Part shown: positions 20,775 to 30,090 of the stretch, in pieces | Layout: each line of letters opens with the position of its first letter | How positions within the stretch are numbered: the first letter of the stretch is position 1 | Source of the DNA: a bacterium | GTDB lineage: Bacteria > Patescibacteriota > Patescibacteriia > JAGPKW01 | Length of the DNA stretch: 64,000 nucleotides | Reading direction: 5' to 3' | Assembly: GCA_021780535.1 (NCBI GenBank) | Contig: JAJXYN010000009.1 | Location: 224,360-288,359, forward strand | Position numbers and translations under genes: made by a program | Notes under the pieces: generated by a model | The model's database searches: none | What the model saw: the letters and a program-made list of their open reading frames with translations, nothing else | What the model was told of the DNA's origin: nothing

Positions 20775-22610
20775 TTAATTGTTATTGCTTGAGATTTTTT
20801 TAAATTGATTTAATTTATCAATTAAAATATTTTGCAATTTTATTATCTCTTCTTTGTTGTTTTCTTTTTCTGCTATCTCTATATTACGTTTGATTTGTTT
20901 TAATTCTTTATTTATAAGATTTTTATATAATTTAAGAATATTGGATTTAATATCTTTTTTTATATCTTTTAAACTAAAAAATTGGTCAGAAAAAAACTTC
21001 TCACCTAACATAGTAAGATAGCTGATATAATCGCTATTTTTTGAATCATTTGCGAATAGATATTCTAAAATATTATCTATTTTGTTATTGTAACACGCTT
21101 TTATATTAGTCGCAATAGATTTTATGTCCTCATGTTCAAATATATCTAGATTTATTTTTTCTAAAATTTCTATAAAATTTTGATTAACTAATATTGCTGA
21201 AATTAAAAACTCTTCGGTTTTTCTTATAGGATCATCTTCTTTAATTTTTGATTCTTCTTTTTTTATCTCTATTTTTTTTGATGGTGTAAATGTTGCTTTA
21301 TTGTTTTTATTTTGTATTATTAAAAGCTCTTCTTTTAATGTTCTTTCATCTAAATCTGTGATTTTTGATAAATTTTTTATCCAGACATTCTTTTCTATTT
21401 GCGAATTTATTTTACTGAGCTTTACTAAAAATGGCGTTATTAAATCTTTTATTTCTTTTGGTTTTGAGGATATTAATGAATCTTGATTTATTTTTTCATG
21501 TAATTTATTAAAGTAGTATTCTAAATATGGGGTTGCTTCACTTATTGCGTTAGTCCATTTTTCTAAGTCATTTTTTATACATTCGTCTGGATCTTTATAT
21601 CCAGTATTTTCTAAACTTATTACTTTAAGATTTATTTCATTTTCTAATGCTGCATCTATTGCTCTTTCTGCTGCATTTTGCCCTGCTAAATCTGAATCAA
21701 AACAAAAGCAAATAGTATTACTAAATCTTTTTAATGTCTTTATGTGAATTTCTGTTAATGCTGTTCCGGAAGATGCTACTACATTTTCACTTCCTACTTG
21801 ATGACAAGATATGCAGTCCATTTGCCCCTCTACAACTATAGAACAATCATTTCTTCTTATACTTTCTTTTGCAAAATTTAAACCAAAAATAACACTACTT
21901 TTGTCATAAAGTTCTGTTTGTGGTGAATTTATATATTTTGGCTCATCTTTATTATTATCTATTTGTCTTGCTGTAAAAGCTACAATATTTCCTGATATAT
22001 TAAAAATTGGATACATTATTCTCCCTCTAAATCTATCATAATATTTTCCTGAATTGTTTTTTATTATAAGGCCTGTTAAAAATATATCCTCGTCATTATA
22101 TTTTTTTGATTTTAAAAAATCATATAAACCATTCCAAAGATTTAACGAATATCCTAATTTAAATTTTACAATTGTTTCTTCTTCTAACCCTCTATTTTTG
22201 AGATATTCTAAAGCTTTTTTCCCTTGCTCTTTCTCTGTTAAAATATAATTATAATATTGTGCTGCTAAGTTTGATATTTCTTGCAATAATTCTTTTCTTG
22301 TTTTTTGGATTATATCTTCTTTTTCAAATTTTAATTCTACATTTGCTTTTTTAGCTAAAATTTTTAAAGCTTCTTTAAAATCTATATTTTCAAGCTTCAT
22401 AAGAAATTTAAACACATCACCACCTTCTCCACACCCAAAACAATGAAATATTTGTTTGTTTTGTGATGCCATGAATGATGGTGATTTTTCGTTATGAAAT
22501 GGGCATAATCCTTTATACGTTCCTCCACCAGCTTGCTTTAGAGTTACATATTCTGAAATTATGTCTATTATATCTAGCTTTGATTTTATTTCTTCAACTT
22601 GATTGTTCAT
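20775..22610 (-). CDS. dnaG: DNA primase
   Basis: 611 aa. CHC2 zinc finger CPFHNEKSPSF…HCFGCGEGGD, TOPRIM (VVEGQMDCIS) and a C-terminal helicase-interaction region. Confidence 0.9.
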   Translation of the reverse strand: MNNQVEEIKSKLDIIDIISEYVTLKQAGGGTYKGLCPFHNEKSPSFMASQNKQIFHCFGCGEGGDVFKFLMKLENIDFKEALKILAKKANVELKFEKEDIIQKTRKELLQEISNLAAQYYNYILTEKEQGKKALEYLKNRGLEEETIVKFKLGYSLNLWNGLYDFLKSKKYNDEDIFLTGLIIKNNSGKYYDRFRGRIMYPIFNISGNIVAFTARQIDNNKDEPKYINSPQTELYDKSSVIFGLNFAKESIRRNDCSIVVEGQMDCISCHQVGSENVVASSGTALTEIHIKTLKRFSNTICFCFDSDLAGQNAAERAIDAALENEINLKVISLENTGYKDPDECIKNDLEKWTNAISEATPYLEYYFNKLHEKINQDSLISSKPKEIKDLITPFLVKLSKINSQIEKNVWIKNLSKITDLDERTLKEELLIIQNKNNKATFTPSKKIEIKKEESKIKEDDPIRKTEEFLISAILVNQNFIEILEKINLDIFEHEDIKSIATNIKACYNNKIDNILEYLFANDSKNSDYISYLTMLGEKFFSDQFFSLKDIKKDIKSNILKLYKNLINKELKQIKRNIEIAEKENNKEEIIKLQNILIDKLNQFKKISSNNN

Positions 22611-22685
22611 TATTTATATTTAACCATTTCATAGACAAAAATAAAAGACCCGCTCTTGCACAAAATGTGCAGAACGAGTCGTTTG

Positions 22686-23147
22686 TCATGCTGAAACTGT
22701 TAATCTTTCCTCTCTTGAAGTCCCTGGAGGAAAATAATTGTTTATAGTATATTCGGCTACTTGTTCATCTCCTATTTTGTTTAAAATAAAGAAGAATTTA
22801 ACTGCATTAAATATGTCATCATGGACTCTTTCTGATTCATTCCATTTTTTTTCATCTATTAAATTAATAACTGACTTGTCTTGTGAGATAAACTCTGAAA
22901 AAAAATCAATATAACCAAGAAACATTCTTTCGTCTTTCCATTCTCTACTTTCAAGGGTTCTTACCCATATTAATCTATATGTTTTTCTAAAAAGAGCCGT
23001 TCTTGCCATAAAAGTAATATTGTCATCACCTGTTGCAAAATGACAATGTTTTTTGATAAACTTTTTTTCATGACCTGTAAATATCTTGAGTCCAGTTACA
23101 GAACACGGGTCAAGATATTCTCTAACGCTAAGTCTTTGCTGTTTCAT
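22686..23147 (-). CDS. Hypothetical protein (153 aa) immediately upstream of dnaG
   Basis: ORF only, no recognised motif. Relatively GC-rich codons compared with its neighbours. Confidence 0.4.
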   Translation of the reverse strand: MKQQRLSVREYLDPCSVTGLKIFTGHEKKFIKKHCHFATGDDNITFMARTALFRKTYRLIWVRTLESREWKDERMFLGYIDFFSEFISQDKSVINLIDEKKWNESERVHDDIFNAVKFFFILNKIGDEQVAEYTINNYFPPGTSREERLTVSA

Positions 23148-23332
23148 ATAAATATCCCTCCCTTAGAAAAATAATCTTCTGCTTATGTTTTATTTATTAA
23201 AAGCTTATATTCTTTTATAAAACACAAACAGAAAATTGTTTATTTACTTTATTGTTAATTTACTATATATTATGTTTATACTATACCATTTTTTTACTAA
23301 AAAGTAAATAATTATCCACAATTAACCCTTAT

Positions 23333-23409
23333 GCATCCTTAGCTCAATTGGATAGAGCATCTGGCTTCGAACCAGGGGGTTGCAGGTTCGAGTCCTGCAG
23401 GGTGCACCA
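23333..23409 (+). tRNA. tRNA-Arg (anticodon TCG), CCA encoded
   Basis: GCATCCTTAGCTCAATTGGATAGAGCATCTGGCTTCGAACCAGGGGGTTGCAGGTTCGAGTCCTGCAGGGTGCACCA gives a cloverleaf with anticodon loop CTTCGAA. Confidence 0.85.
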
Positions 23410-23427
23410 AAATAAATAAAAAAGTAA

Positions 23428-23688
23428 TTATCTGCTTTTTAAATTATCCCATTTGAAGAAAATGGTATTCTTTCCTATTAATAATCCTATTATAACAAAA
23501 CAAACAAATCCCATAACTAATGTGTCTTTTGAATTAATATTTGTATAATTAAGCAATATTATTAAAACTGAAACCATAAAAACTTTCCCGGAATATATCG
23601 CGATTTCTCTTGTTACTATATAACCACTTATATCATCACCTTTATCTGCTTCTTTTTTGTACCAATAAGATTCATATGGGGTCTTCAT
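23428..23688 (-). CDS. Small 2-transmembrane membrane protein, possibly a detached C-terminal fragment of the upstream MFS gene
   Basis: 86 aa with two hydrophobic helices. Lies 32 nt downstream of the MFS-like ORF on the same strand. Confidence 0.35.
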   Translation of the reverse strand: MKTPYESYWYKKEADKGDDISGYIVTREIAIYSGKVFMVSVLIILLNYTNINSKDTLVMGFVCFVIIGLLIGKNTIFFKWDNLKSR

Positions 23689-23720
23689 TATTGATTCTGA
23701 TATATTTTGATAAACAATTG

Positions 23721-24644
23721 CTAAAAAACATTTACATTACTAATGGCAAACAATTTTAAAAGCCATCCAAATCCATAGAGAAATGAACCTGTTTTTAATA
23801 AATTATGGTCTTTATCTTGATCTGACAATTTACCTATTATTAAATTTATAAAAAATGTTGCTATCAGTGTTAATGAAGTAAAACCACCTAGTATTGTAAA
23901 ATTTTTATTAAATATCAAGACTATAATTATGGGCCATATTATTAATGAAAAAACTGTTTCACATCCTTCTAAAAAGTGAATGAAAAAATCCTTAACACGT
24001 TCTTTTGAAAAACATTGTATAAATGTTCCTATATATGAATAAGAATAATATAATTTTACATTTAATATTTTTATAAGTGGAAATAATGATAATAAATAAA
24101 AAAATGTTGTAACAATAAACAATCCGGTAAACCCAAAAAAATTTATTATTAAACCTCCAACAAATGGTAAAAATATATTTAACAAACTAAGAATTGATCT
24201 TATAATACCTATTTCAAATCCTCTGTTTTCATTTGTAGTGTTTAATGCTAAATCTATTCTAAATGGTATTCTAAAAAGTATTCTTGATAGTGTTAAAAAT
24301 ACTATATTTACAAACATCCATAAATATAAATTTTGTTCCCAAAATATAAATGATATATTACTTAATGATAAAAATATACTTCCTATTATTATAGATCTTT
24401 TCAACCCCAATAGAGATACCATTTTACCTCCCAATGGAAGTATCAATACCATTGCAATAGATGATATCAAAAAATAAGCTAATGTCATTTTTAATGACTT
24501 TCCAAATTGTAAATAAACAAAAAAAGTACTAAACATGCCAAGCATATTAGAACCTATGTTTCTTGTTTCATATGAAAGAAACAGTAAGAAAAAGTTATTT
24601 TCTTGTTTTGAAATCAATGATTTGATACTATTAATAAAGTCCAT
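23721..24644 (-). CDS. MFS-type transporter, N-terminal portion (apparently truncated at 307 aa)
   Basis: About 8 transmembrane helices. Loop 2-3 motif PLGGKMVSLLGLKRSIIIG resembles the MFS G-x3-D/G-R-x-G-R-R motif. Too short for a 12-transmembrane MFS. Confidence 0.5.
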   Translation of the reverse strand: MDFINSIKSLISKQENNFFLLFLSYETRNIGSNMLGMFSTFFVYLQFGKSLKMTLAYFLISSIAMVLILPLGGKMVSLLGLKRSIIIGSIFLSLSNISFIFWEQNLYLWMFVNIVFLTLSRILFRIPFRIDLALNTTNENRGFEIGIIRSILSLLNIFLPFVGGLIINFFGFTGLFIVTTFFYLLSLFPLIKILNVKLYYSYSYIGTFIQCFSKERVKDFFIHFLEGCETVFSLIIWPIIIVLIFNKNFTILGGFTSLTLIATFFINLIIGKLSDQDKDHNLLKTGSFLYGFGWLLKLFAISNVNVF

Positions 24645-24692
24645 AGTTTAAAATATCGTATTATCTTACATATAAATATAACCTATTATACC

Positions 24693-25985
24693 ATGAATTT
24701 TTTAAAGAAAAATGCTGGGAAGATATTAATATTCATCCTATCCTTAATCCCAATAATTTTTTGGGCAACAACTTACGATCTGCAAACAAAGTTTAATACA
24801 ATAAGCTCTACCTTTATATCTCTTACTCAATTATCTGGATTAGTCGGTTTTGTTTTATTTGCTGTAAATATAATAATAGGAATGAGATCAAAAATACTTG
24901 AAAAGTTTTTTAATTCTATTCCTGATATTTATAAACTGCACAGATTTTTAGGAATATCATCTTTTGTTTTATTATCTCTTCACCCACTTTTTATTATTAT
25001 AAATTATTTATCTTTTTCAATTAAATTTGCTGTTGATTATATTTTTTCTTTTACTGATTTAAGTTTGTCTTTAGGAAAAATTTCACTAATTGCAATGTTT
25101 TTTATCATATTAACGACAATATTTTTAAAAATAAAATATGACACATGGAAAATAATCCATAAAATTTTATCATTTTCTTTTTTTATTGGATTTTTTCATG
25201 TATTAGTTGTAAATAGCACTGTATCAAGAAATATGGGATTACGATATTACTTGCTTTTTTTAGGCACAATTACTGCTTCACTTGCTATATATAAAATTAT
25301 TTTTAATATAAATTTAGCAAAAATTTATAAATACTTGGTTGTTAATATAAAATTTATAAACAATAATTCTATGGAAATAGAATTATCTCCCATTGATAAA
25401 AAAATATATTTCAAACCAGGCCAATTTGTCTTTATAAAAATTAATCAAGAAAAATTAGATGAAGAACATCCTTTTTCTATATCATCAGGAGTTAATGAAA
25501 AAAATTTAAAAATTACTGTTAAAAATCTTGGAGATTATACTTTAGATTTAAGAAATAAATTAAAAATGAATTCTATAGTTAGCATAGATGGCCCTTATGG
25601 TGATTTTTATACTGATAATAAAAAAGATAAAATATTTATAGCTGGCGGAATAGGAATTACACCATTTTTAAGTATATTAAAAGCTGAAAGAACAAAAAAT
25701 AATATTACATTATTTTTTTGTGCTAAAGATAAAAGCGAATCAGAACTTATTAATGACATAAAACAAACACAAGATATTCATCCAAATTTAAATATAATTG
25801 AAATATATTCCTCAATAAGAGATCGTATTTCTATTAAAGATATTAAAAGCGTCCCAAATTTTGAAAATTCTGATATTTTTATTTGTGCGTCAAGCGTTAT
25901 GATGAATGATATTAAAAATCAACTTATAAATAATGGGTTTGATAAAAAAAATATTTACTTTGAAGATTTTAGTTTTAAAAAATAA
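24693..25985 (+). CDS. NOX/ferric-reductase-like flavocytochrome (FRD transmembrane domain plus FAD and NAD(P)H-binding domains)
   Basis: Two His pairs spaced 13 residues apart in transmembrane helices (HRFLGISSFVLLSLH, HKILSFSFFIGFFH) for bis-heme. HPFSISS FAD motif. GGIGITPF NAD(P)H motif. Confidence 0.8.
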   Translation: MNFLKKNAGKILIFILSLIPIIFWATTYDLQTKFNTISSTFISLTQLSGLVGFVLFAVNIIIGMRSKILEKFFNSIPDIYKLHRFLGISSFVLLSLHPLFIIINYLSFSIKFAVDYIFSFTDLSLSLGKISLIAMFFIILTTIFLKIKYDTWKIIHKILSFSFFIGFFHVLVVNSTVSRNMGLRYYLLFLGTITASLAIYKIIFNINLAKIYKYLVVNIKFINNNSMEIELSPIDKKIYFKPGQFVFIKINQEKLDEEHPFSISSGVNEKNLKITVKNLGDYTLDLRNKLKMNSIVSIDGPYGDFYTDNKKDKIFIAGGIGITPFLSILKAERTKNNITLFFCAKDKSESELINDIKQTQDIHPNLNIIEIYSSIRDRISIKDIKSVPNFENSDIFICASSVMMNDIKNQLINNGFDKKNIYFEDFSFKK

Positions 25986-26053
25986 TTTTGAGTAAATTTA
26001 TAAAATAAATAATCGTATTAAAAATATAGACTTAATTAAGTATTAATAATTTT

Positions 26054-26551
26054 ATGGAAACAAAAAATATTGTTGTAGCTAGCGTTGTTGGAGTTGCTGC
26101 TGTAAGTTTTATTGGATGGCAAATCTCAAATAGTAAGAGCTATCAACCATCACAACAAAATAATTCGTTATCAACTACTACTAATACTGACAGTGGCCAA
26201 AATAATATTACTACCCCAACTGTTACTAGTACAAATAATCAAAACAATTCTACTTCATATAAAGATGGTAGTTATTCTGCAGATGGCTCTTATTTAGTTT
26301 CTGATAAACAAGAAACTATTAAACTGTTATTAGATATATCTAATAACAAAATAACATCTGCTAGTATCACACCTATTAACGTTAGCCATGATAGTCAATT
26401 TTATATCAATATGTTTCAACAAGGATTCACTTCTTTGGTTGTAGGAAAAAATATAGATGACGTAAATTTAACTGTTGTAAATGGTGCATCTTTAACTCCT
26501 AACGGCTTTAACGAAGCTTTAAATGCTATAAAATTACAAGCTAAAAACTAA
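26054..26551 (+). CDS. Membrane-anchored extracytoplasmic FMN-binding domain protein (flavinylation substrate candidate)
   Basis: N-terminal transmembrane helix, Ser/Thr/Asn-rich linker, and a C-terminal FMN_bind-like domain with VVNGASLTPNGFNEALNAI (the [S/T]GA[S/T] flavinylation-type motif). Confidence 0.6.
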   Translation: METKNIVVASVVGVAAVSFIGWQISNSKSYQPSQQNNSLSTTTNTDSGQNNITTPTVTSTNNQNNSTSYKDGSYSADGSYLVSDKQETIKLLLDISNNKITSASITPINVSHDSQFYINMFQQGFTSLVVGKNIDDVNLTVVNGASLTPNGFNEALNAIKLQAKN

Positions 26552-26554
26552 CTA

Positions 26555-27430
26555 ATGAAAAAATTTGAATTTGATTCTATTGGATCTCATTTTGAAATAT
26601 CTATTTACGATAATATTGATGATGTTTTTTTTGAACAAATAAAATCTGACATACTTGCTTGGATAAATGATTTTGATAATAAATACTCTAGATTCAAAGA
26701 TTCTTCTGTTGTTTCTTTTTTAAACAATAAAATTGGAGTATTTTCTGTAAGAGATGATTTTTCAGAAATAATGACTTGGTATTTTAAATTGTATAAATTA
26801 TCTAACCACAAATTTACTCCACTTATAGGATCTATGTTAGATGATCTTGGTTATGATAAAAATTATACCTTAATACCAAAGGATAAAATTAATAATATAT
26901 CTGATTTATATGAATCAATAAAAATTTTAGATAAAAATAAAATAGAAATAATAAAACCAGTTAATTTAGATTTTGGTGGAGTTGGAAAAGGATATTGCGT
27001 TGATGTTATAAAAAGTAAACTAGAAAAATATAATATAAAAAAATTTATAGTTAATGGTGCTGGAGATATTTTTTATAAAACAAATGATACTGAATCAATA
27101 ATTTCTGGACTTGAAAATCCTAATAATTTTTCTCAAATAATAGGAACTATAAACATTAAAAATCAATCTATTTGTGCATCTTCTGGAAGTAGAAGAAAAT
27201 GGGATAAATATCATCATATAATAGATCCTGACTTAAAAAAACAAAATGACGAAATAGTTGCTACCTGGGTAATAGCAGAGAATACCTTGATAGCAGATAC
27301 AATAGCTACATGTTTATTTATGTGCTCACCAGAAAATTTTCAAAATGATTTTAAATTTGAATACTGTATATTAAATAAAGATATGAAGATAAAAAAGTCA
27401 AATGGATTTGATGCTAAATTTTATCAATAA
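26555..27430 (+). CDS. apbE: FAD:protein FMN transferase ApbE
   Basis: GGVGKGYCVD (ApbE GG[IV][AG]KGY) and SSGSRRKWDKYHHIIDP C-terminal motif. Confidence 0.8.
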   Translation: MKKFEFDSIGSHFEISIYDNIDDVFFEQIKSDILAWINDFDNKYSRFKDSSVVSFLNNKIGVFSVRDDFSEIMTWYFKLYKLSNHKFTPLIGSMLDDLGYDKNYTLIPKDKINNISDLYESIKILDKNKIEIIKPVNLDFGGVGKGYCVDVIKSKLEKYNIKKFIVNGAGDIFYKTNDTESIISGLENPNNFSQIIGTINIKNQSICASSGSRRKWDKYHHIIDPDLKKQNDEIVATWVIAENTLIADTIATCLFMCSPENFQNDFKFEYCILNKDMKIKKSNGFDAKFYQ

Positions 27431-27444
27431 CTATGATAACTAAA

Positions 27445-27469
27445 CTATTGCTTTTTTTATAAAATAGTA
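27445..27469 (+). promoter_or_regulatory. Conserved 25-nt upstream motif ctattgctttttttataaaatagta (copy 1), a promoter -10 plus operator-like sequence
   Basis: Identical 25-mer at 27880-27904, the same distance (about 40 nt) upstream of paralog 2. Contains TATAAAAT and the small inverted repeat CTATT…AATAG. Confidence 0.45.
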
Positions 27470-27507
27470 TTAAGTTTATACAAATACTTTTAAATGGAGG
27501 TCTAAAT

Positions 27508-27756
27508 ATGTATATAGAAGTTACGGAAACCAAATTTTATAGCATCATTACAAAATTAGAACAAGCCGGTATCTCCTTTATTAGAAATGATGACCCAAAA
27601 AATGGTACCGCTATATTTATATATAAAAAAAATGGGAAAGATAAAGTTATTGCTAGAATACATGTAGAAAATTTTAGTGATCCAAAAGAAATATGGAAAA
27701 GAATATATCAAATAGATAATATATTTTTTAAAGAACTTGAAATTCCTATAGATTAA
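27508..27756 (+). CDS. Small paralog-family protein 1 (82 aa)
   Basis: GGAGG ribosome-binding site. Shares a core with the next two genes (T/D-A-I-I/F-I-Y-K-K-N-G…R-V-I-A-R-I-H). Confidence 0.55.
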   Translation: MYIEVTETKFYSIITKLEQAGISFIRNDDPKNGTAIFIYKKNGKDKVIARIHVENFSDPKEIWKRIYQIDNIFFKELEIPID

Positions 27757-27764
27757 TATTATTA

Positions 27765-27845
27765 TAGCTCTATAATTGATATGAATAGAGCTATTTTCCG
27801 CCAACACAATCATTAATAAGCAAAAAGTGTTAGCGGATTTTTATT
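27765..27845 (+). terminator. Tandem hairpin terminators after paralog 1
   Basis: tagctctat/atagagcta (9 bp) followed by ccgccaacac/gtgttagcgg (9 of 10 bp) and a T-run. Confidence 0.5.
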
Positions 27846-27945
27846 TTATAATAACCATAAAAAAATATTGTATCTATTACTATTGCTTTTTTTATAAAAT
27901 AGTAATATAAATTATAATACAACAAGTTATTTTGGAGGTTATAAC

Positions 27946-28230
27946 ATGCTTATAGACGTTACAGAGGCTCAGTTTCGTAGTTTTATCGATGAATTGGATA
28001 AAAAATTTCGTGAGAATGGAAAAATCCTAACAATGGACGATGATTTTAAAAATGATACAGCCATTATATTCTGTTATGCAAAAAATGGTATAAATAGAAT
28101 TGCTGCTCGAGAATACGTGAAAAATCCTACTGATCTAAAAATAGAATGGACAAAGGGATACGAAATAAATGATAAATTATTTGATGAATTTAATATTTCA
28201 ATAGAAGGCTTTCAGATTCTTACACGGTAG
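27946..28230 (+). CDS. Small paralog-family protein 2 (94 aa)
   Basis: MLIDVTEAQFRSFIDEL…TAIIFCYAKNGINRIAAREYV is homologous to the proteins encoded at 27508 and 28369. GGAGG ribosome-binding site. Confidence 0.55.
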   Translation: MLIDVTEAQFRSFIDELDKKFRENGKILTMDDDFKNDTAIIFCYAKNGINRIAAREYVKNPTDLKIEWTKGYEINDKLFDEFNISIEGFQILTR

Positions 28231-28244
28231 AATATTAAAATTAC

Positions 28245-28288
28245 CCTAGCTAGACCAAATTCACTCGTTTAGCTAGGTTTTTTATTTA
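28245..28288 (+). terminator. Rho-independent terminator after paralog 2
   Basis: cctagcta…tagctagg 8-bp stem followed by tttttattt. Confidence 0.55.
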
Positions 28289-28368
28289 TAAACAATAATT
28301 AACCTTGATTTTTTTCACAAAACAAGATTAAATTAACATAAACTACTTTTAATAAAGGGGGTTATTAA

Positions 28369-28644
28369 TTGTATATAGATATTACGCCAAACCAATTTAT
28401 TGACCTTATCAAGATACTGGCCGTTAGAATAAAAGAAAATGGAGCATCTCTTGAAAGGCATGGTGATCACAAAGATGGTATAATTATATTTATTTATAAA
28501 AAACATAATATGACAAGAGTTATTGCTAGAATACATAAATATAACCCGAATAAACAAAATAAAAATTTGGAGAAAATATATCAAATAGATGATAGGTTGT
28601 TTAAATATTCTATTATTTCTACTGAAGATATGAAAACTTTTTAA
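28369..28644 (+). CDS. Small paralog-family protein 3 (91 aa, TTG start)
   Basis: MYIDITPNQFIDLIK…GIIIFIYKKHNMTRVIARIH. GGGGG ribosome-binding site upstream. The start codon is TTG. Confidence 0.5.
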   Translation: MYIDITPNQFIDLIKILAVRIKENGASLERHGDHKDGIIIFIYKKHNMTRVIARIHKYNPNKQNKNLEKIYQIDDRLFKYSIISTEDMKTF

Positions 28645-28779
28645 ATAATAATATTTATTTCTATTAAGTAGAATACTTAATAAGTGTTTTATAATTATGA
28701 TGTTATTTTGACATAAATTATAAAATGTTGTATTTATTTATATAACAACTTTAGTCAGTCTAATAAATAGGGGGATTTT

Positions 28780-29076
28780 ATGAAGAAAAGAGCCACGGCA
28801 AAAATTATATTTAAAACACTAAATGAGGCTTTAGAGGCAAAAAATAATGGCGATACTGATCTTTTGTTAAAATTAAGAAAAAAGGCTATTGGTTATCAAT
28901 GGGATATACTTAGACAAGCTGAAGAAGCTCAAAAACTTGGCAATAATGCTATTGCTAACGAATTAATGTCTATTATTGATAAATCAAAAATTATTACTAT
29001 TAGTACTTTTCCAAAAAATATCCAGAACGAATTAAAAGAAGTAATTGAAATATGCGAAGCATCTAGAAATTCTTGA
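28780..29076 (+). CDS. Hypothetical small alpha-helical protein (98 aa)
   Basis: Strong ribosome-binding site (agggggattttatg). A terminator follows. Confidence 0.45.
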   Translation: MKKRATAKIIFKTLNEALEAKNNGDTDLLLKLRKKAIGYQWDILRQAEEAQKLGNNAIANELMSIIDKSKIITISTFPKNIQNELKEVIEICEASRNS

Positions 29077-29093
29077 TTTTCTAGACAGATGAT

Positions 29094-29125
29094 AATCCGC
29101 TAAAAATATGGCGGATTTTTTATTA
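29094..29125. terminator. Terminator hairpin aatccgc…gcggatt followed by a T-run
   Basis: 7-bp stem and a U6 tract. Sits between convergent genes. Confidence 0.5.
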
Positions 29126-29179
29126 ATTAAATTAAAAATAGGAACCACATATATAGTGGCCCCTATTATTTTCTTATTA

Positions 29180-29953
29180 TCAGAATGTGGTTACAGCTAC
29201 CCCCGGACGCAGAAATTCACCATATTTCTTGTAAATCGCGTCACAGGTTCCATCTTTTTTGAGAGCTTCAAATGCATCAATCCATTTTTGCACAATAGCT
29301 TTATCTGTTGTTTTAGAAAAAGCTATCCAAAGTTGAGCCCTCAAAAAAACAAACTGTTGCTTAACATCACTTGGTTTAGCCTCAACATCAGCAAGTTGGT
29401 TTGATGATCCAACTACTGACAAAACTACTAGGTCAGTCCTGTTGTTGAGCATTTTTTTCAAACTTGTTACATAGTCTGCTGACCTATCGAGATTTGAAAA
29501 ACCTGCACTGGTAAGAAACTGATCCCTGACGTCATTTAGAACAACGCCAATTTTTGCTACATTCTTAGCATCTTCCAATGATTTGATAGACAATTTAGAA
29601 TCTGCTCTTGAATAAAGAGCATAATTATTCTCCGTTAGCGGTCCAACCCATTGAAACAATGGATTTCTGGCCTTATTGCGGGCCATGCTAAAAAGAACCA
29701 CATTAGGAGAATCACTTTGTATCAAACCATAGCCTCTAGCCCATGGAGCAACTTCTATTGGATCTGTATTCCCAACACGTTTTTGAATCGCTTGGACCAG
29801 TTCCACGGAAAGACCCTTGAGGTTTTTATTTGCATCAGTGAATTGAAATGGAGCATTTTCTTCGCAATAAATGCTGAGAGTCTGCGAGTAGCCAAAAACT
29901 GTGACTACTCCAAAAAAAAGCAGAGCAAGAACCATCCTCGTTTGCAACTTCAC
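29180..29953 (-). CDS. Periplasmic/extracellular solute-binding protein, family 3 (SBP_bac_3)
   Basis: 257 aa. Signal peptide, type 2 periplasmic-binding fold pattern. Noticeably higher GC codon usage than its neighbours. Confidence 0.7.
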   Translation of the reverse strand: MKLQTRMVLALLFFGVVTVFGYSQTLSIYCEENAPFQFTDANKNLKGLSVELVQAIQKRVGNTDPIEVAPWARGYGLIQSDSPNVVLFSMARNKARNPLFQWVGPLTENNYALYSRADSKLSIKSLEDAKNVAKIGVVLNDVRDQFLTSAGFSNLDRSADYVTSLKKMLNNRTDLVVLSVVGSSNQLADVEAKPSDVKQQFVFLRAQLWIAFSKTTDKAIVQKWIDAFEALKKDGTCDAIYKKYGEFLRPGVAVTTF

Positions 29954-30047
29954 AATAAACCATCCTTGTAAAAGAAAAATATATCTGCAAAAAACAGATA
30001 TGATGTATGGTAGTGTAATTAAAAAATAATGTCAATTGAATAATTAA

Positions 30048-30090
30048 AATAAAAAGTGGTTCAAGTTTTGGTTGAACCACCAATTTTTTG
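30048..30090. terminator. Bidirectional terminator downstream of the MCP gene
   Basis: gtggttcaa-gttttgg-ttgaaccac hairpin, flanked by an A-run and a T-run. Confidence 0.5.

Noticed and set aside
27445-28644. Three small paralogs as a toxin-antitoxin system
   Set aside because: All three are homologous to each other, so there is no distinct partner. Each is monocistronic with its own terminator. It is better described as a paralog array of unknown function.
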